From positions 258,495-322,494 of the forward strand of contig CAWUEX030000003.1 of the NCBI GenBank assembly GCA_963921305.4: DNA of 64,000 nt, read 5' to 3'. The notes beneath the pieces were generated by a model. That model was not told the origin of the DNA, ran no database searches, and worked only from the letters and a program-made list of their open reading frames with translations. Within the stretch, counting starts at the first letter, position 1; each line of letters begins with the position of its first letter. Shown here piece after piece: positions 46,514 through 56,194 of this stretch. Source of the stretch: Rhodospirillaceae bacterium (lineage in GTDB: Bacteria; Pseudomonadota; Alphaproteobacteria; Rhodospirillales; Rhodospirillaceae). Both the position numbers and the translations under genes were made by a program.

Positions 46514-47440
46514 TTACGCCTGCCGGCGGTGCCGGCCCAGAATAAACAAAGCAATCAAGAGCGCTATGAATATGCCGGTGGACAACGCATAGCGCTGGAC
46601 CCGCTGTTCCGGGCCGCCGGCGTAGTCAGGAGAGACATCCCAAGCGAGCTCGAAACTGGCGCCGTCGATTTGCGCAGGGACAGTAACAGTCTGAACAGTG
46701 TCCACGCCTGGTTCAGTCGGTCCTGCAATATGGCGCATCCCGGACATCTCGCCGCTATTTGGGAAAGACGCGCTTAGCCGAAGCGTCATGCCGTATGGAA
46801 CCCATTCGTCATACATGCGCTCAATCAGGGCTTCATAGTTGATGAGGCTAAGGACCACACCAAATTGCCGCGTGTTTCGGATGGTGACAGCGTAGTAGGA
46901 ATACTGCGCGCCCGACTCCCGCTGAAACGCGGGCCCGATCACCAGTTCATTTTCTTCCAACAGGGCGGCATCAATCGTCTCAACCATCGGCCCGAAGCGG
47001 GAGACGTCAGAACCGGGGCGTAGAACTCCGCTCTCGTCAGTGGAGTAGGCAACCATCCAGCAACCGCCCTCTTGGCCGCAACTCGCCGGCTGGGACTTGG
47101 TCACAAACCCCATCGACTCAGGAAACAAGCCGGACCGATGGCCCTTGAGGTAACCAATGGTGTTCTCAAACTCATCAGCAGCAACGCGTCCGGAACCGTT
47201 GAAGAGTGTCGCGAGACTCTGTAATGGGCCGTTGGAATGATCCAGGAGAAGAGTAAACGTCGCCGCCAGCCGATTGGCGTCGGCCTCGGCCTGCGCTTGC
47301 CACGACTGCACGGCTTGATCTCCGAGAGAGCGGCTAAAAAAGATCGATCCCACGATCCCGAGTACGAGCACGGCGACAAGGCTAGCCCTCCCCCGCTCAC
47401 CAGCCCTCCCCTCTTCTGGTCTGAGCTGATCTTGGGTCAT
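46514..47440 (-). CDS. membrane protein: two TM helices flanking a periplasmic domain of about 250 aa (CHASE-like), with no output domain
   Basis: TM1 is LVAVLVLGIVGSIFFS and TM2 is GIFIALLIALFILG. The protein ends 6 residues after TM2. The periplasmic part loosely resembles a CHASE sensor domain. Confidence 0.4.
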   Translation of the reverse strand: MTQDQLRPEEGRAGERGRASLVAVLVLGIVGSIFFSRSLGDQAVQSWQAQAEADANRLAATFTLLLDHSNGPLQSLATLFNGSGRVAADEFENTIGYLKGHRSGLFPESMGFVTKSQPASCGQEGGCWMVAYSTDESGVLRPGSDVSRFGPMVETIDAALLEENELVIGPAFQRESGAQYSYYAVTIRNTRQFGVVLSLINYEALIERMYDEWVPYGMTLRLSASFPNSGEMSGMRHIAGPTEPGVDTVQTVTVPAQIDGASFELAWDVSPDYAGGPEQRVQRYALSTGIFIALLIALFILGRHRRQA

Positions 47441-47593
47441 GTCTTGCTCCGCTATTGAAATGGACGTGTGTTGCCCGGTATTCGCCGCATGATCGCAATA
47501 CCTAGCAAAAACTATAGGGCCTTGGCTGGTTTCGGATAGCCTTTATGGTGAAAGTCCTTAACACGGTCGTTTACGCCCTCAGGAAGAGTTGCC

Positions 47594-49483
47594 ATGCGAA
47601 GTGCCATCTCGTTGTTGTTTTACTCAGCGGCTCTTGCGATTTCACTAGCCGTGTCACTGGCGGTTGCGGGACTGACCGCTGCCCAAGGGCAAACCTTGCT
47701 GAGCGAGACTGAGATCCAGATTCCGCCTCAGAACGGCCCCCTCACCCCGGTGAAAATGACGTTTGACCCTTCGGACCCCAATCGCTTCGCCGTGGTTGAT
47801 GTGTCAGATGGCAGCATCTCAGTCTGGACACTCTCAGACGGTTTTGAACAGGAATTAGAAATAGATGCGAAGGCCGTGGCGGTGGCGATTTCCCCGGACG
47901 GGGAGATCATTGCCTCAAGCACGATTCACGGCCAGATCTTTCTGTGGGACCGCGACGGAGAGCAACGGCGATCGCCGTTTCTGGGGCATGAAGGCTCGAT
48001 CCAGGATCTTGATTTCTCGCCGGATGGATCGCTGATTGCGTCCGCGGGCTATGACGGAACGGTGCGCGTTTGGAACCTAAGCGGCGAGCAGGTTGGGGAC
48101 TCCTTCGAAGGCCATACAGCCTGGGTGCGCGGCGTCGCGTTTTCTCCTGACGGCAGACAGATCGCGTCTTCGAGCATCGATGGCACGGTCCGGGTGTGGA
48201 CCCGCGAGGGCGCGCTTGTCGCCGGCCCCCTGTTAGGCCATGAGCGCTGGGTGGAAGCGGTAGAGTTTTCACCGGACGGCAGCTTCATCGCCTCTGCAGG
48301 AGACGACGGACTGGTCCGGCTGTGGAACCGGGACGGAACTCCGCGCCAAGACCCACTGTCAGGACACCGGGCTTGGGTGGTCGATTTCGCACCTGAAGGC
48401 GGGGTGATGGCATCTGCTGGTGACGACGGTTCGGTGCTGTTGCGAAATCTGGATGGAACCTTGCGCCGCCCGGCCCTGCGGGGCCATGCCGGTTCGGTTC
48501 AAGCGCTGGCTTTCTCGTCCGATGGCAGCTTTTTTGCCACCGGCGGGTACTACGACGGAACCGTAAGGTTCTGGAATATAGACGGCTCGCCGAGGGGTGA
48601 ACCACTGCGCGCCCATGCCCCCTGGTTCCGCGCTCTTGCATTTGCACCGGACGGGCAGACCGTCGCCATGGCGGGGGACGACGGCAGCTTCCGGTTATAT
48701 GCCAGCGACGGAACGCTCATCGACAAACCTTTCCTAGGGCATGGGGCCTGGATCGAAGCCATAGCGTTTTCTCCAGACGGCGAGCGTATCGCAACTGCCA
48801 GTTACGACGAGACCGTGCGCGTGTGGGCTCGCGACGGCGAAACACTCGCCGTCCTGCGCGGCCATGACGCCCGCGTGACCAGCGTTTCATTTTCTAACGA
48901 TGGCACGAAGGTCGCCTCAGGTGACCAGGCAGGTGTGGTCAAGACTTGGTCCGCGGACACCGGTGAGGTCGCGTTCACACTTAATGTTGGTGACGGATCG
49001 GTCGGCGCGATCGCTTTTTCCCCCGGCGACAAAGCGGTTTTCGTCGGGAACGAGAATGGATCGGTGATTGCCTCGACAATGTCAGGTGATCTGATTGCGA
49101 ATACGCAAGGCGCTCACACAGGACCGGTACGCGCGATCACCTTCGCCCCCAGCGGCGCGATCTATGCTTCCGCTGGGGAAGACGGCCAGGTTCGGTTTTG
49201 GAGCGGCGATCATGAACCCGCCGGAAAGCCCTTATCAGGACATCAGGCGTGGGTGCGCGCCTTGGCGTTTTCTCCTGACAGCAACATGCTTATCTCCGCT
49301 GGCGATGACGGCGCCGTGCGCGCTTGGTCTGTGGACGGCATCCCACTCGGCCTGCCGATGTTTGGCCATGACGGGTCCGCCAGCGCGATCGCGTTCACTG
49401 GAGACGGTACAGAAATCGTCAGTGGTGGATTCTTCGACGGGAAGATTCGCACGTGGTCACTCGACACCCCACCCAACGGCTAG
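47594..49483 (+). CDS. secreted WD40-repeat protein (14 repeats, two predicted 7-bladed propellers)
   Basis: Signal peptide, then 14 units of the type GHxxxVxxvAFSPDGxxIASaxxDGTVRVW. Confidence 0.9.
   Translation: MRSAISLLFYSAALAISLAVSLAVAGLTAAQGQTLLSETEIQIPPQNGPLTPVKMTFDPSDPNRFAVVDVSDGSISVWTLSDGFEQELEIDAKAVAVAISPDGEIIASSTIHGQIFLWDRDGEQRRSPFLGHEGSIQDLDFSPDGSLIASAGYDGTVRVWNLSGEQVGDSFEGHTAWVRGVAFSPDGRQIASSSIDGTVRVWTREGALVAGPLLGHERWVEAVEFSPDGSFIASAGDDGLVRLWNRDGTPRQDPLSGHRAWVVDFAPEGGVMASAGDDGSVLLRNLDGTLRRPALRGHAGSVQALAFSSDGSFFATGGYYDGTVRFWNIDGSPRGEPLRAHAPWFRALAFAPDGQTVAMAGDDGSFRLYASDGTLIDKPFLGHGAWIEAIAFSPDGERIATASYDETVRVWARDGETLAVLRGHDARVTSVSFSNDGTKVASGDQAGVVKTWSADTGEVAFTLNVGDGSVGAIAFSPGDKAVFVGNENGSVIASTMSGDLIANTQGAHTGPVRAITFAPSGAIYASAGEDGQVRFWSGDHEPAGKPLSGHQAWVRALAFSPDSNMLISAGDDGAVRAWSVDGIPLGLPMFGHDGSASAIAFTGDGTEIVSGGFFDGKIRTWSLDTPPNG
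47741..49468 (+). repeat. intragenic tandem WD40 coding repeats (about 41-42 codons per unit, 14 units)
   Basis: Counted from the translated ORF. The units end at ...SISVWTL, IFLWDR, VRVWNL, VRVWTR, VRLWNR, VLLRNL, VRFWNI, FRLYAS, VRVWAR, VKTWSA, VIASTM, VRFWSG, VRAWSV, IRTWSL. Confidence 0.85.
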
Positions 49484-50805
49484 CGGTTCGCAGGAACGTC
49501 CAAGGCTGACCGGTCAATCCACACACCCCCCTTGTAGGCGGCATGAATCTTTTGGGTATTGCTGATGTCGATTGAAGGATCGGCGTTCAGCAGCAGCATG
49601 TCCGCCAACTTACCCACTTCGATTGAGCCGATTTCGTCCTCTACGCCAATGTAGGCTGCGGCATTCAAAGTGCCGGTCCTGATGGCTTCAAGTGGGGTCA
49701 GACCGGCCTCGACAATTTGCTTGAGTTCCTGATGCGGGAACGGACCGATCGACCGGTCGGTCCCCATGGCCAAGATCACACCCGCATCGTGCAACGTCTT
49801 GATGTTGCGCATGATTGCTGGACGCAGAGAACTCAGCCACCCCGTATATGGTGACCCGTTAAACCGCTCGCTCTCCTTGATTTCGCGCCGTTGCTCTTCA
49901 TCGATCACAGCCATAAAGAGCGGGGTATCCAAGAATGTTGTGTCAGCCTCGATGCGCGTCATAGTCGTAGAGAGAATGACGCCTTGGTCGGCAATCTCCT
50001 TAGCAAATTCGAGATTCGCATCGTCGAGGTATACAGTGTGGGCGAAGGCATCGGCCCCAGAGGCCATGGCCTCACGTGCCAATTCGACCTCGGATACGTG
50101 AACAGTCGTGCGAATGCCGTTATCATGGGCGTAGGCGACCAACTTGTTCATCAGGTCCTGGGACAGCATCGGCATGCTGCGGGCTCTCGGTCCCATGCCG
50201 CGCCGCTCACGTGTAAACTTCAACAGGTCCGGTTCAAGTTCAAATAGAGCGTCGAGCTTCTCTATCCCGTCGTCATAATCATAGACCACCGTGCCGCCGG
50301 CACAGCAGCCATGCCCCTCTGGTGGCGCGATTAGGCTTACGGTTGCATAGATGCGCGGACTTTGAATGCGCCCCGCTCTCTCATCAGAACGCATTTTTGT
50401 GATGAATTCAGCGTTGTTGCCCGAGTCATAGAAGGCCGTCACACCGCTGTACAAATAGCCATCGAGCATCCTTTGCCCAGCGGCGAGGTCGATCACCATT
50501 TCCCGGTTGCCTTGGCCGGCACGTCCGCCAGGCAGGTGAATGTGGCTGTCGATGATTCCCGGCATCAGATATTTGGCCGAACCATCAACCACCGGAACAC
50601 CTGTTGGCGGTACAATCGACTCGCTTGAGATTTCAGCGAAGCGTCCATCCAGGACAAGCACAGAGGCGCCATTGACCGGGGAGGCACCGGTGCCATCAAT
50701 CAATGTGACATTCTTGATGAGCAGCGACTGCGCAACGGCAGTCTGAGCCACGAAGGCCGTCAGCCCTGTCACAAGAAGCAATGCTACACGGACACTCTTT
50801 GTCAT
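49480..50805 (-). CDS. exported metal-dependent amidohydrolase family protein
   Basis: Signal peptide. PGIIDSHIHL (HxH metal motif). Amidohydrolase-like length. Confidence 0.8.
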   Translation of the reverse strand: MTKSVRVALLLVTGLTAFVAQTAVAQSLLIKNVTLIDGTGASPVNGASVLVLDGRFAEISSESIVPPTGVPVVDGSAKYLMPGIIDSHIHLPGGRAGQGNREMVIDLAAGQRMLDGYLYSGVTAFYDSGNNAEFITKMRSDERAGRIQSPRIYATVSLIAPPEGHGCCAGGTVVYDYDDGIEKLDALFELEPDLLKFTRERRGMGPRARSMPMLSQDLMNKLVAYAHDNGIRTTVHVSEVELAREAMASGADAFAHTVYLDDANLEFAKEIADQGVILSTTMTRIEADTTFLDTPLFMAVIDEEQRREIKESERFNGSPYTGWLSSLRPAIMRNIKTLHDAGVILAMGTDRSIGPFPHQELKQIVEAGLTPLEAIRTGTLNAAAYIGVEDEIGSIEVGKLADMLLLNADPSIDISNTQKIHAAYKGGVWIDRSALDVPANR

Positions 50806-50905
50806 GACCTTTCCCCTTCGATCACGGATGTGGCATCGAAAGGGAGTCTAACCTGAGGCCGTTGGAAAGCGTCAGCCTGCAGATGCTCTAGCGCGCGCTA
50901 CGTGG

Positions 50906-52339
50906 TCATAGGAGGTCCATGACCTCGAAGGCTGCCCGTTCCCCGGACTCCATCGCCCCTTCCATACCGCGGTTCGACAGGGCCGTGTGTTCGCCGCAGA
51001 AGTGCAGGCGCCCCTCTGGGCGGCCCACGTCAAGCAGGTAACTGGCGATCTGGCCGGGCTGCCAAACCACCCAATCGCCGCCTGAGAACGGATCGAGTTG
51101 CCAAGACTTAAATCCAAGCGCCTCGATTTTGCCTTTTGCGGCCGGGCGGAGTTTTTCAATCGCCCTCACCACCGCGGCCTTGGCACCGTCCTCGCCCAAA
51201 GTATCGAGGTACTGCGCGATATGACCCCGACCCCAGCACAGGAAGTTTGTAATTTCATCTTCCGACTCACCGAACCTTTGAGCCGTAACAACACCTGCAG
51301 GGGTATCGGTCCACATGGACGGATCCAAACCATCCTCTTCCCAAAATGGCTCCTTAGGGAACACATGCACTTGGGTGATCAGCATTTGCCCGACGTTGAG
51401 GATCGCGCCGCGCTTCTTCGGCGGCAAAATAGGGTCGAATTTCATCCAGCGAAGGGGCGGTAACGGAGTCGAACAGATCAATCGCTTCGCGGTGTACTTG
51501 GTGCCATCACTACAATGTACTTCCACCTGCTCTTTTTCGCTGCGCACACCTTCGACAATCTTGCCCAGGAGCACTTCACGCTTCAACGTGTTGGCCATCG
51601 CTTCTGGGATGAGCTGGTTTCCGCCGATCGCCGCGAGCGATACAGGGTCAATTTCATCCTGCGTGGCAAACCATTTCTGGATGAAGTACCACATGAGCAG
51701 CGACGCATCGTGTGCGGACGTCCCGTATTGCGCATTGGTATCGTAGACCTGCGCGATGGTCTCCTCTGACCAACCAAGATTCCGGAGAAGGCCGTACACG
51801 GGTCCGTCATACTTCCACGACCGCGGATCGTACCAGTCCTCAAACGAGTCCAACGGATTGTTGCGGGCGATGACGCCCCATATATAGCCGCTGGGACTGC
51901 GGTCGCGCGCACCGTCCGGCATCTTGTTGAGGGGATGAGACGGCCAATCCGCCTTGGGAATCACCGACCCGCCAATAGCGATCTCTGGGCTTGAGAGCGC
52001 GCCGCGGGGCTTGTAGTCCATCAGCGGGACATTCAACCGGTCCGCCATATCGCGCATACGGCCGTAGCCACCCAAAATCGAGTTTCCGCCAGCTTCAGGA
52101 TTCCCCGGCAGGTCCTTAAGTGTGTACATTCGTCCGCCAATGCGGTCGCGGCCTTCAAGAACAGTGACGGTGTAACCCGTTTCCTCCAGCAGCATAGCGG
52201 CATAGAGGCCGGAGAGACCGGCACCGATGACGATGACATCGCTGTTGGTTTGAGCGTGGATAGGCCGCGGCAAAACTGCCGCAGCGCCACCCGCAGCAAC
52301 GACATGACGACGCGAGAAACCTCTGGAAAAACTAGTCAT
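50906..52339 (-). CDS. Tat-exported flavin amine oxidase family protein (paralogue 3)
   Basis: FSRRHVVAAGGAAAV leader. DVIVIGAGLSGLYAAMLLEE...VLEGRDRIGGR. C-terminus HFCGEHTALSNRGMEGAMESGER. Confidence 0.8.
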   Translation of the reverse strand: MTSFSRGFSRRHVVAAGGAAAVLPRPIHAQTNSDVIVIGAGLSGLYAAMLLEETGYTVTVLEGRDRIGGRMYTLKDLPGNPEAGGNSILGGYGRMRDMADRLNVPLMDYKPRGALSSPEIAIGGSVIPKADWPSHPLNKMPDGARDRSPSGYIWGVIARNNPLDSFEDWYDPRSWKYDGPVYGLLRNLGWSEETIAQVYDTNAQYGTSAHDASLLMWYFIQKWFATQDEIDPVSLAAIGGNQLIPEAMANTLKREVLLGKIVEGVRSEKEQVEVHCSDGTKYTAKRLICSTPLPPLRWMKFDPILPPKKRGAILNVGQMLITQVHVFPKEPFWEEDGLDPSMWTDTPAGVVTAQRFGESEDEITNFLCWGRGHIAQYLDTLGEDGAKAAVVRAIEKLRPAAKGKIEALGFKSWQLDPFSGGDWVVWQPGQIASYLLDVGRPEGRLHFCGEHTALSNRGMEGAMESGERAAFEVMDLL

Positions 52340-52862
52340 TCTGATCCCTCAACGTTGGGTTCCCAAGCCTTGCCCGATCCTCAAGGACGGGCCGCGACAT
52401 GTTGGCAATGAGACGCCAGCCGGTCTCCCGCTTGACCCAGACATGAATGTTCTCGAAGCGCTCATCGACTTCCTCTCCGCCCGCCCGGCGCGTGCGGTGT
52501 GTTTCGAAAAAGGCCAATGCCGTATCGCCGTCGAACGAAATGCCCTTTTTCGTGACGGAAATTTTCTCTCCCGGGGCAAACAAGCGGCCATCGCCGATCT
52601 GCTGAGACAGTCTCTCGTAGCTCAGAGGCGTCTCGGCCGGCGCCGGCCAGGCCATATATCCTGGGTTCGCAAGCGAGAGGTAATACCCCATGTCACCCTG
52701 CGCCCGTTGTTTGAAAATCTCCAGCTCCTGCGCCCAAATTTGCTCCGCATCTTTTTCGCGCTCCGGAGGGACAGAGAGCTGGGCGTGACCGTCGGCAAAC
52801 GAAGAGGGTGTTGGCCCGAAGGCACAGAATACGAATACGAATGAGGCTAAGATGTATCTCAT
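52332..52862 (-). CDS. exported DUF4440/SnoaL-like NTF2-fold protein
   Basis: Sec signal peptide. Paralogous to the 55720..56178 product (IWAQELEIFKQRAQ vs IWAKELAIYKARAE; both contain IHVWV/ITHVWV...W.L). 8-nt and 4-nt overlaps with its neighbours. Confidence 0.55.
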   Translation of the reverse strand: MRYILASFVFVFCAFGPTPSSFADGHAQLSVPPEREKDAEQIWAQELEIFKQRAQGDMGYYLSLANPGYMAWPAPAETPLSYERLSQQIGDGRLFAPGEKISVTKKGISFDGDTALAFFETHRTRRAGGEEVDERFENIHVWVKRETGWRLIANMSRPVLEDRARLGNPTLRDQND

Positions 52863-54154
52863 ACCGGTCGAATCCTCAGGCTGGTGTCCATGGATGAAAG
52901 CGCTTCGTAACCATTCTCCCGCACGACAATCATGTCTTCAACATGGGTCGTACCCCAACCGATCTCACTGTAGGGCATATCAAGGGTGAAAACCGTACCG
53001 GCCTCGAAGACAAAATCGCGAATGTTTTCGCCGGGTTTCTCGGCCCCTGTCGGCCAGGGCTCATCCGCATGCTCCATCCCGACATTGTGTGGCGCGCCAT
53101 AAGCACGTTCGACGCCTTCCTGACGCATCAGATCGGTAAACATGGCCGCAGCTTCGGCAAACTTCATACCCGGCTTGATCGCGTCGTAGATAATTTTAGC
53201 AACCTTAGTGTTTGCCTCTATCCGCTTAACCAGGCTGTCGGGCGGATCACCGACCATGACGGTGCGTCCGACATCGCCGAGGTAGCCTTTGTAAGCGCCA
53301 ACACTGTCCAGCTTCATAAAGTCGCCAGGGGCGATACGGCCCGAGTTTAAGCCTCGGATGTTCGCGATCAGCCATTTGCTGCGCCCGCCAAGTTCAGCCC
53401 ACTTTTTGGCGTGGTTGAACTCGATCTCCTCCAGCGGTTGGCCCGGCTCAATGAGGTTCATCGCGTAATCTAGTGCCTGCTCGTTACGTTGTGCCGCTTC
53501 CCGCAGAATGTCGATCTCATTCTCGGTTTTAACCATGCGGATCGACTTAAAGATATTCAACGCGTCGACACCGGTGACGTCCGGAACACCATTGTCTTGC
53601 AGCCAGGGTAGGATGCGGGGGTCGTCAAATCCCAGACGGCCCCTAGCTAAGCCAGCGTCTTTGAGTGCCTTGGCCAACGCCGCGAGCGGACTGGCACTGG
53701 TCTTGCCGTGATAGGTCTCCCCCAAGGCAATAAGGAGGTCATCACGCTCTGTTCGCTCGCCATCCCCCATCGGCCAGAACGCCGCCCTTGGATTGGCGAC
53801 TGGCAGACCATCTGGGTCGAGGAGGACTTGGCCCTGATCGTCGACCTGCGGCATGCTGTAGACCTGGATTGTTTCGATCCATGTCGGACGGTAGTCCAAG
53901 TGGTAGAGCATCACGCTCGGCAATATCAGCGCCGGCGGTGCGTTTTCCTCGCGGGGAAGAAAGGCAAACGTCGAGAAGTGCCGGCCCATCCACTGCATGA
54001 TGCCGCTGTGGCTTGAGAGATAATAAATGTTGGCCGGCGTCGCAGCGACCAGTCCATCAAGGCCGTGCTCATCCATAATGGTGTAAGCACGCTCGAGGTT
54101 CACCAAACGCTTCGCACTGAACATATGTTGGAGAGACTTTGGGACGCCTGTCAT
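52859..54154 (-). CDS. M24-family hydrolase (Xaa-Pro peptidase / creatinase-like)
   Basis: Creatinase/prolidase N-domain (MDEHGLDGLVAATPANIYYLS). Pita-bread domain with DSVGAYKGYLGDVGRT. Start at 54154 (alternatives 54124 or 54229). Confidence 0.75.
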   Translation of the reverse strand: MTGVPKSLQHMFSAKRLVNLERAYTIMDEHGLDGLVAATPANIYYLSSHSGIMQWMGRHFSTFAFLPREENAPPALILPSVMLYHLDYRPTWIETIQVYSMPQVDDQGQVLLDPDGLPVANPRAAFWPMGDGERTERDDLLIALGETYHGKTSASPLAALAKALKDAGLARGRLGFDDPRILPWLQDNGVPDVTGVDALNIFKSIRMVKTENEIDILREAAQRNEQALDYAMNLIEPGQPLEEIEFNHAKKWAELGGRSKWLIANIRGLNSGRIAPGDFMKLDSVGAYKGYLGDVGRTVMVGDPPDSLVKRIEANTKVAKIIYDAIKPGMKFAEAAAMFTDLMRQEGVERAYGAPHNVGMEHADEPWPTGAEKPGENIRDFVFEAGTVFTLDMPYSEIGWGTTHVEDMIVVRENGYEALSSMDTSLRIRPV

Positions 54155-54398
54155 TGATGAGAATCCGGAAACCCAGTTTGAAAACGCATAAGGTTGACCC
54201 ACATTAAACCACGATCGGGGAAATCCCACGGCTACGAAGCCGGCGCTTTGCCTGGCGGGAGCCTCCGGTCACCTAGCGATGAAACTGCTCTGCAGCACCT
54301 CCCTATGGAGCCTGCGGCGCGGTACCCATTAGACTGCAAGAATCGGCACAAGTAAGAACTGCCCAAGACGTAAACTTTTACCACTCTCAGGGACGGCT

Positions 54399-55694
54399 AT
54401 GACACTCACACTCACGTCTACTCGCTCAATCGCGTTGGCCGCAGCATTCGCGATGGCAACCGGGCTTCAGTCCGGGAACAGTATCGCCGACGGCCACGAC
54501 TCCACATCGGCATATCCCGCCGAAGCGGAGGAACTTTATCTCTCGCGTTTCAACGCCATGATGAGTGGTGCGCGCGGACAAAACGGTGGCTTCAGTTACG
54601 ATCCACTGGAAGCTGTTCCGGGAGCAACGACATGGGGGCCACTGCCGGCGACGGATAACACTCAACAGAGCACAATCCGTGTTGAAGCGATTGATGAAGC
54701 CGAAGCCTATGCGGCCGAGCGCAACTCGCAGGCCTTTATCGTGTGGCGCAAAGGAAAATTGGAACGCGTTTCGTACTTCAACGGCGCGGACGAAAATACT
54801 TTGGTTGTCGGCCGGTCCTTGGCCAAACCCTTAACGGTGATCGCGGTCGGCCGTGCCATCCAAGAAGGCTACATTGAGTCTGTTGATCAGCCTGTCAGCG
54901 ATTTCATTACCGAGTGGAAAGGTACCGATCGCGAACCAATGTTGATCCGTCACCTGTTGGACATGCGCACGGGCTTCCTGCGCCAGGCACTCGCCACCAC
55001 TGCCGAAGACATCCTCAACCGTGCGTATCTTCACCCGTATCACATAGAAGTCATTATCAATGACTATCCCCTTACTCATGTACCAGGTGAGAGATACGAC
55101 TATTCCAATGCGACTTCGGAGATGGTTGCTCCGGTCATCGAACGGGCCACCGGAGTGCGCTACGCGGAGTGGGTATCAGAAGAAGTGCTGAAACCGCTCG
55201 GCGCTAAGGGCGGAGAAGTGTGGATCAACCGGCCGGGCGGCACCGCCCACTCAGGGTGCTGCATCATGCTTCCGGCCCGGTCGTTCTTCCGGCTCGGCAT
55301 GTTGTCTTATTTGGACGGCATGTGGGGTGACGAGCGGCTCCTGCCCGAGGGATACGTTAAAGAAACCAAGCAGGTCACGCCTCAAAATCCCTGGACGGGC
55401 ATGGGACTATATGTCGCCGGCCCTTACAAGGAGCGGCGCGGCGCGGCGAATCCTGACCTCGAAAACATGCAGTTGAATATTCATTCCGAGCGGTATCTTG
55501 CTGAAGATTTGTACCTGTACGACGGCAATGCGAATCAAGTTGTCTACATCATCCCGTCCGAGGATTTGATTATCTTGCGTGTCGGCAACGCTCCGCCGCG
55601 GGACAAACCCTGGGACAACACCTTCGTGCCAAATACCATCATGCGCGGGATTATTCGCGCGCCCGGTGAAGTACCTCCTCAGCCCCAGTCTTAA
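54399..55694 (+). CDS. exported beta-lactamase-fold serine hydrolase
   Basis: Signal peptide, SxxK (SLAKP), YSN (YDYSNAT) and an HSG third motif. Confidence 0.75.
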   Translation: MTLTLTSTRSIALAAAFAMATGLQSGNSIADGHDSTSAYPAEAEELYLSRFNAMMSGARGQNGGFSYDPLEAVPGATTWGPLPATDNTQQSTIRVEAIDEAEAYAAERNSQAFIVWRKGKLERVSYFNGADENTLVVGRSLAKPLTVIAVGRAIQEGYIESVDQPVSDFITEWKGTDREPMLIRHLLDMRTGFLRQALATTAEDILNRAYLHPYHIEVIINDYPLTHVPGERYDYSNATSEMVAPVIERATGVRYAEWVSEEVLKPLGAKGGEVWINRPGGTAHSGCCIMLPARSFFRLGMLSYLDGMWGDERLLPEGYVKETKQVTPQNPWTGMGLYVAGPYKERRGAANPDLENMQLNIHSERYLAEDLYLYDGNANQVVYIIPSEDLIILRVGNAPPRDKPWDNTFVPNTIMRGIIRAPGEVPPQPQS

Positions 55695-55719
55695 GATTCG
55701 GCGAAAAGGACCTCGACCT

Positions 55720-56178
55720 ATGAAAGCTTTATGTATTGCTCTCGTCGCCCTGACCGGGTTCAGCTTCGCAGTGCAGGCGCAAACCTCCGACGAATATGAG
55801 GCCGCTAAGGCCGCCATCTGGGCGAAAGAACTGGCGATCTATAAAGCCCGCGCCGAAACGGGGTTGGACTATTACATCGCGAATTCCTCTGAGAACTATG
55901 TCGGCTGGCCGCCCGGTATTCCAAGACCCTCACCTCTTTCCCAGCTTAAAATTAATAACGAGCGCATAACCGCGCCCAATTCCGAGAAGCTGGAGCTTTT
56001 CTTTGACGACCTCGCGCTCGACGGCGACACGGCGGTGATCTACTACAACACGCACCGCACCATGCTGCCGAACGGCACGCCCGTCGATCAGCGTTATCAC
56101 ATCACCCATGTCTGGGTGCGTGACGACACCGACGATTGGAAACTGCTGGGTGCGATGGGCCGGCTGGAAAGCGAGTAG
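55720..56178 (+). CDS. exported DUF4440/SnoaL-like NTF2-fold protein
   Basis: Start at the ATG at 55720 (MKALCIALVALTGFSFAVQA). Paralogue of the 52332..52862 product. Confidence 0.55.
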   Translation: MKALCIALVALTGFSFAVQAQTSDEYEAAKAAIWAKELAIYKARAETGLDYYIANSSENYVGWPPGIPRPSPLSQLKINNERITAPNSEKLELFFDDLALDGDTAVIYYNTHRTMLPNGTPVDQRYHITHVWVRDDTDDWKLLGAMGRLESE

Positions 56179-56194
56179 AGACGAAAAGAGACGG

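Noticed and set aside
47741-49468. Regular ~125-nt periodic repeats, checked as a possible CRISPR-like or tandem-repeat array
   Set aside because: The periodicity is fully explained by 14 in-frame WD40 coding units. The units are divergent at the nucleotide level and there are no spacer/repeat boundaries or cas genes.
50813-50844. Imperfect hairpin ccccttcgat / atcgaaaggg between amine oxidase paralogue 3 and the amidohydrolase
   Set aside because: The stem contains a bulge, the loop is 12 nt and no U-tract follows. This is not enough to call a terminator or a riboswitch.
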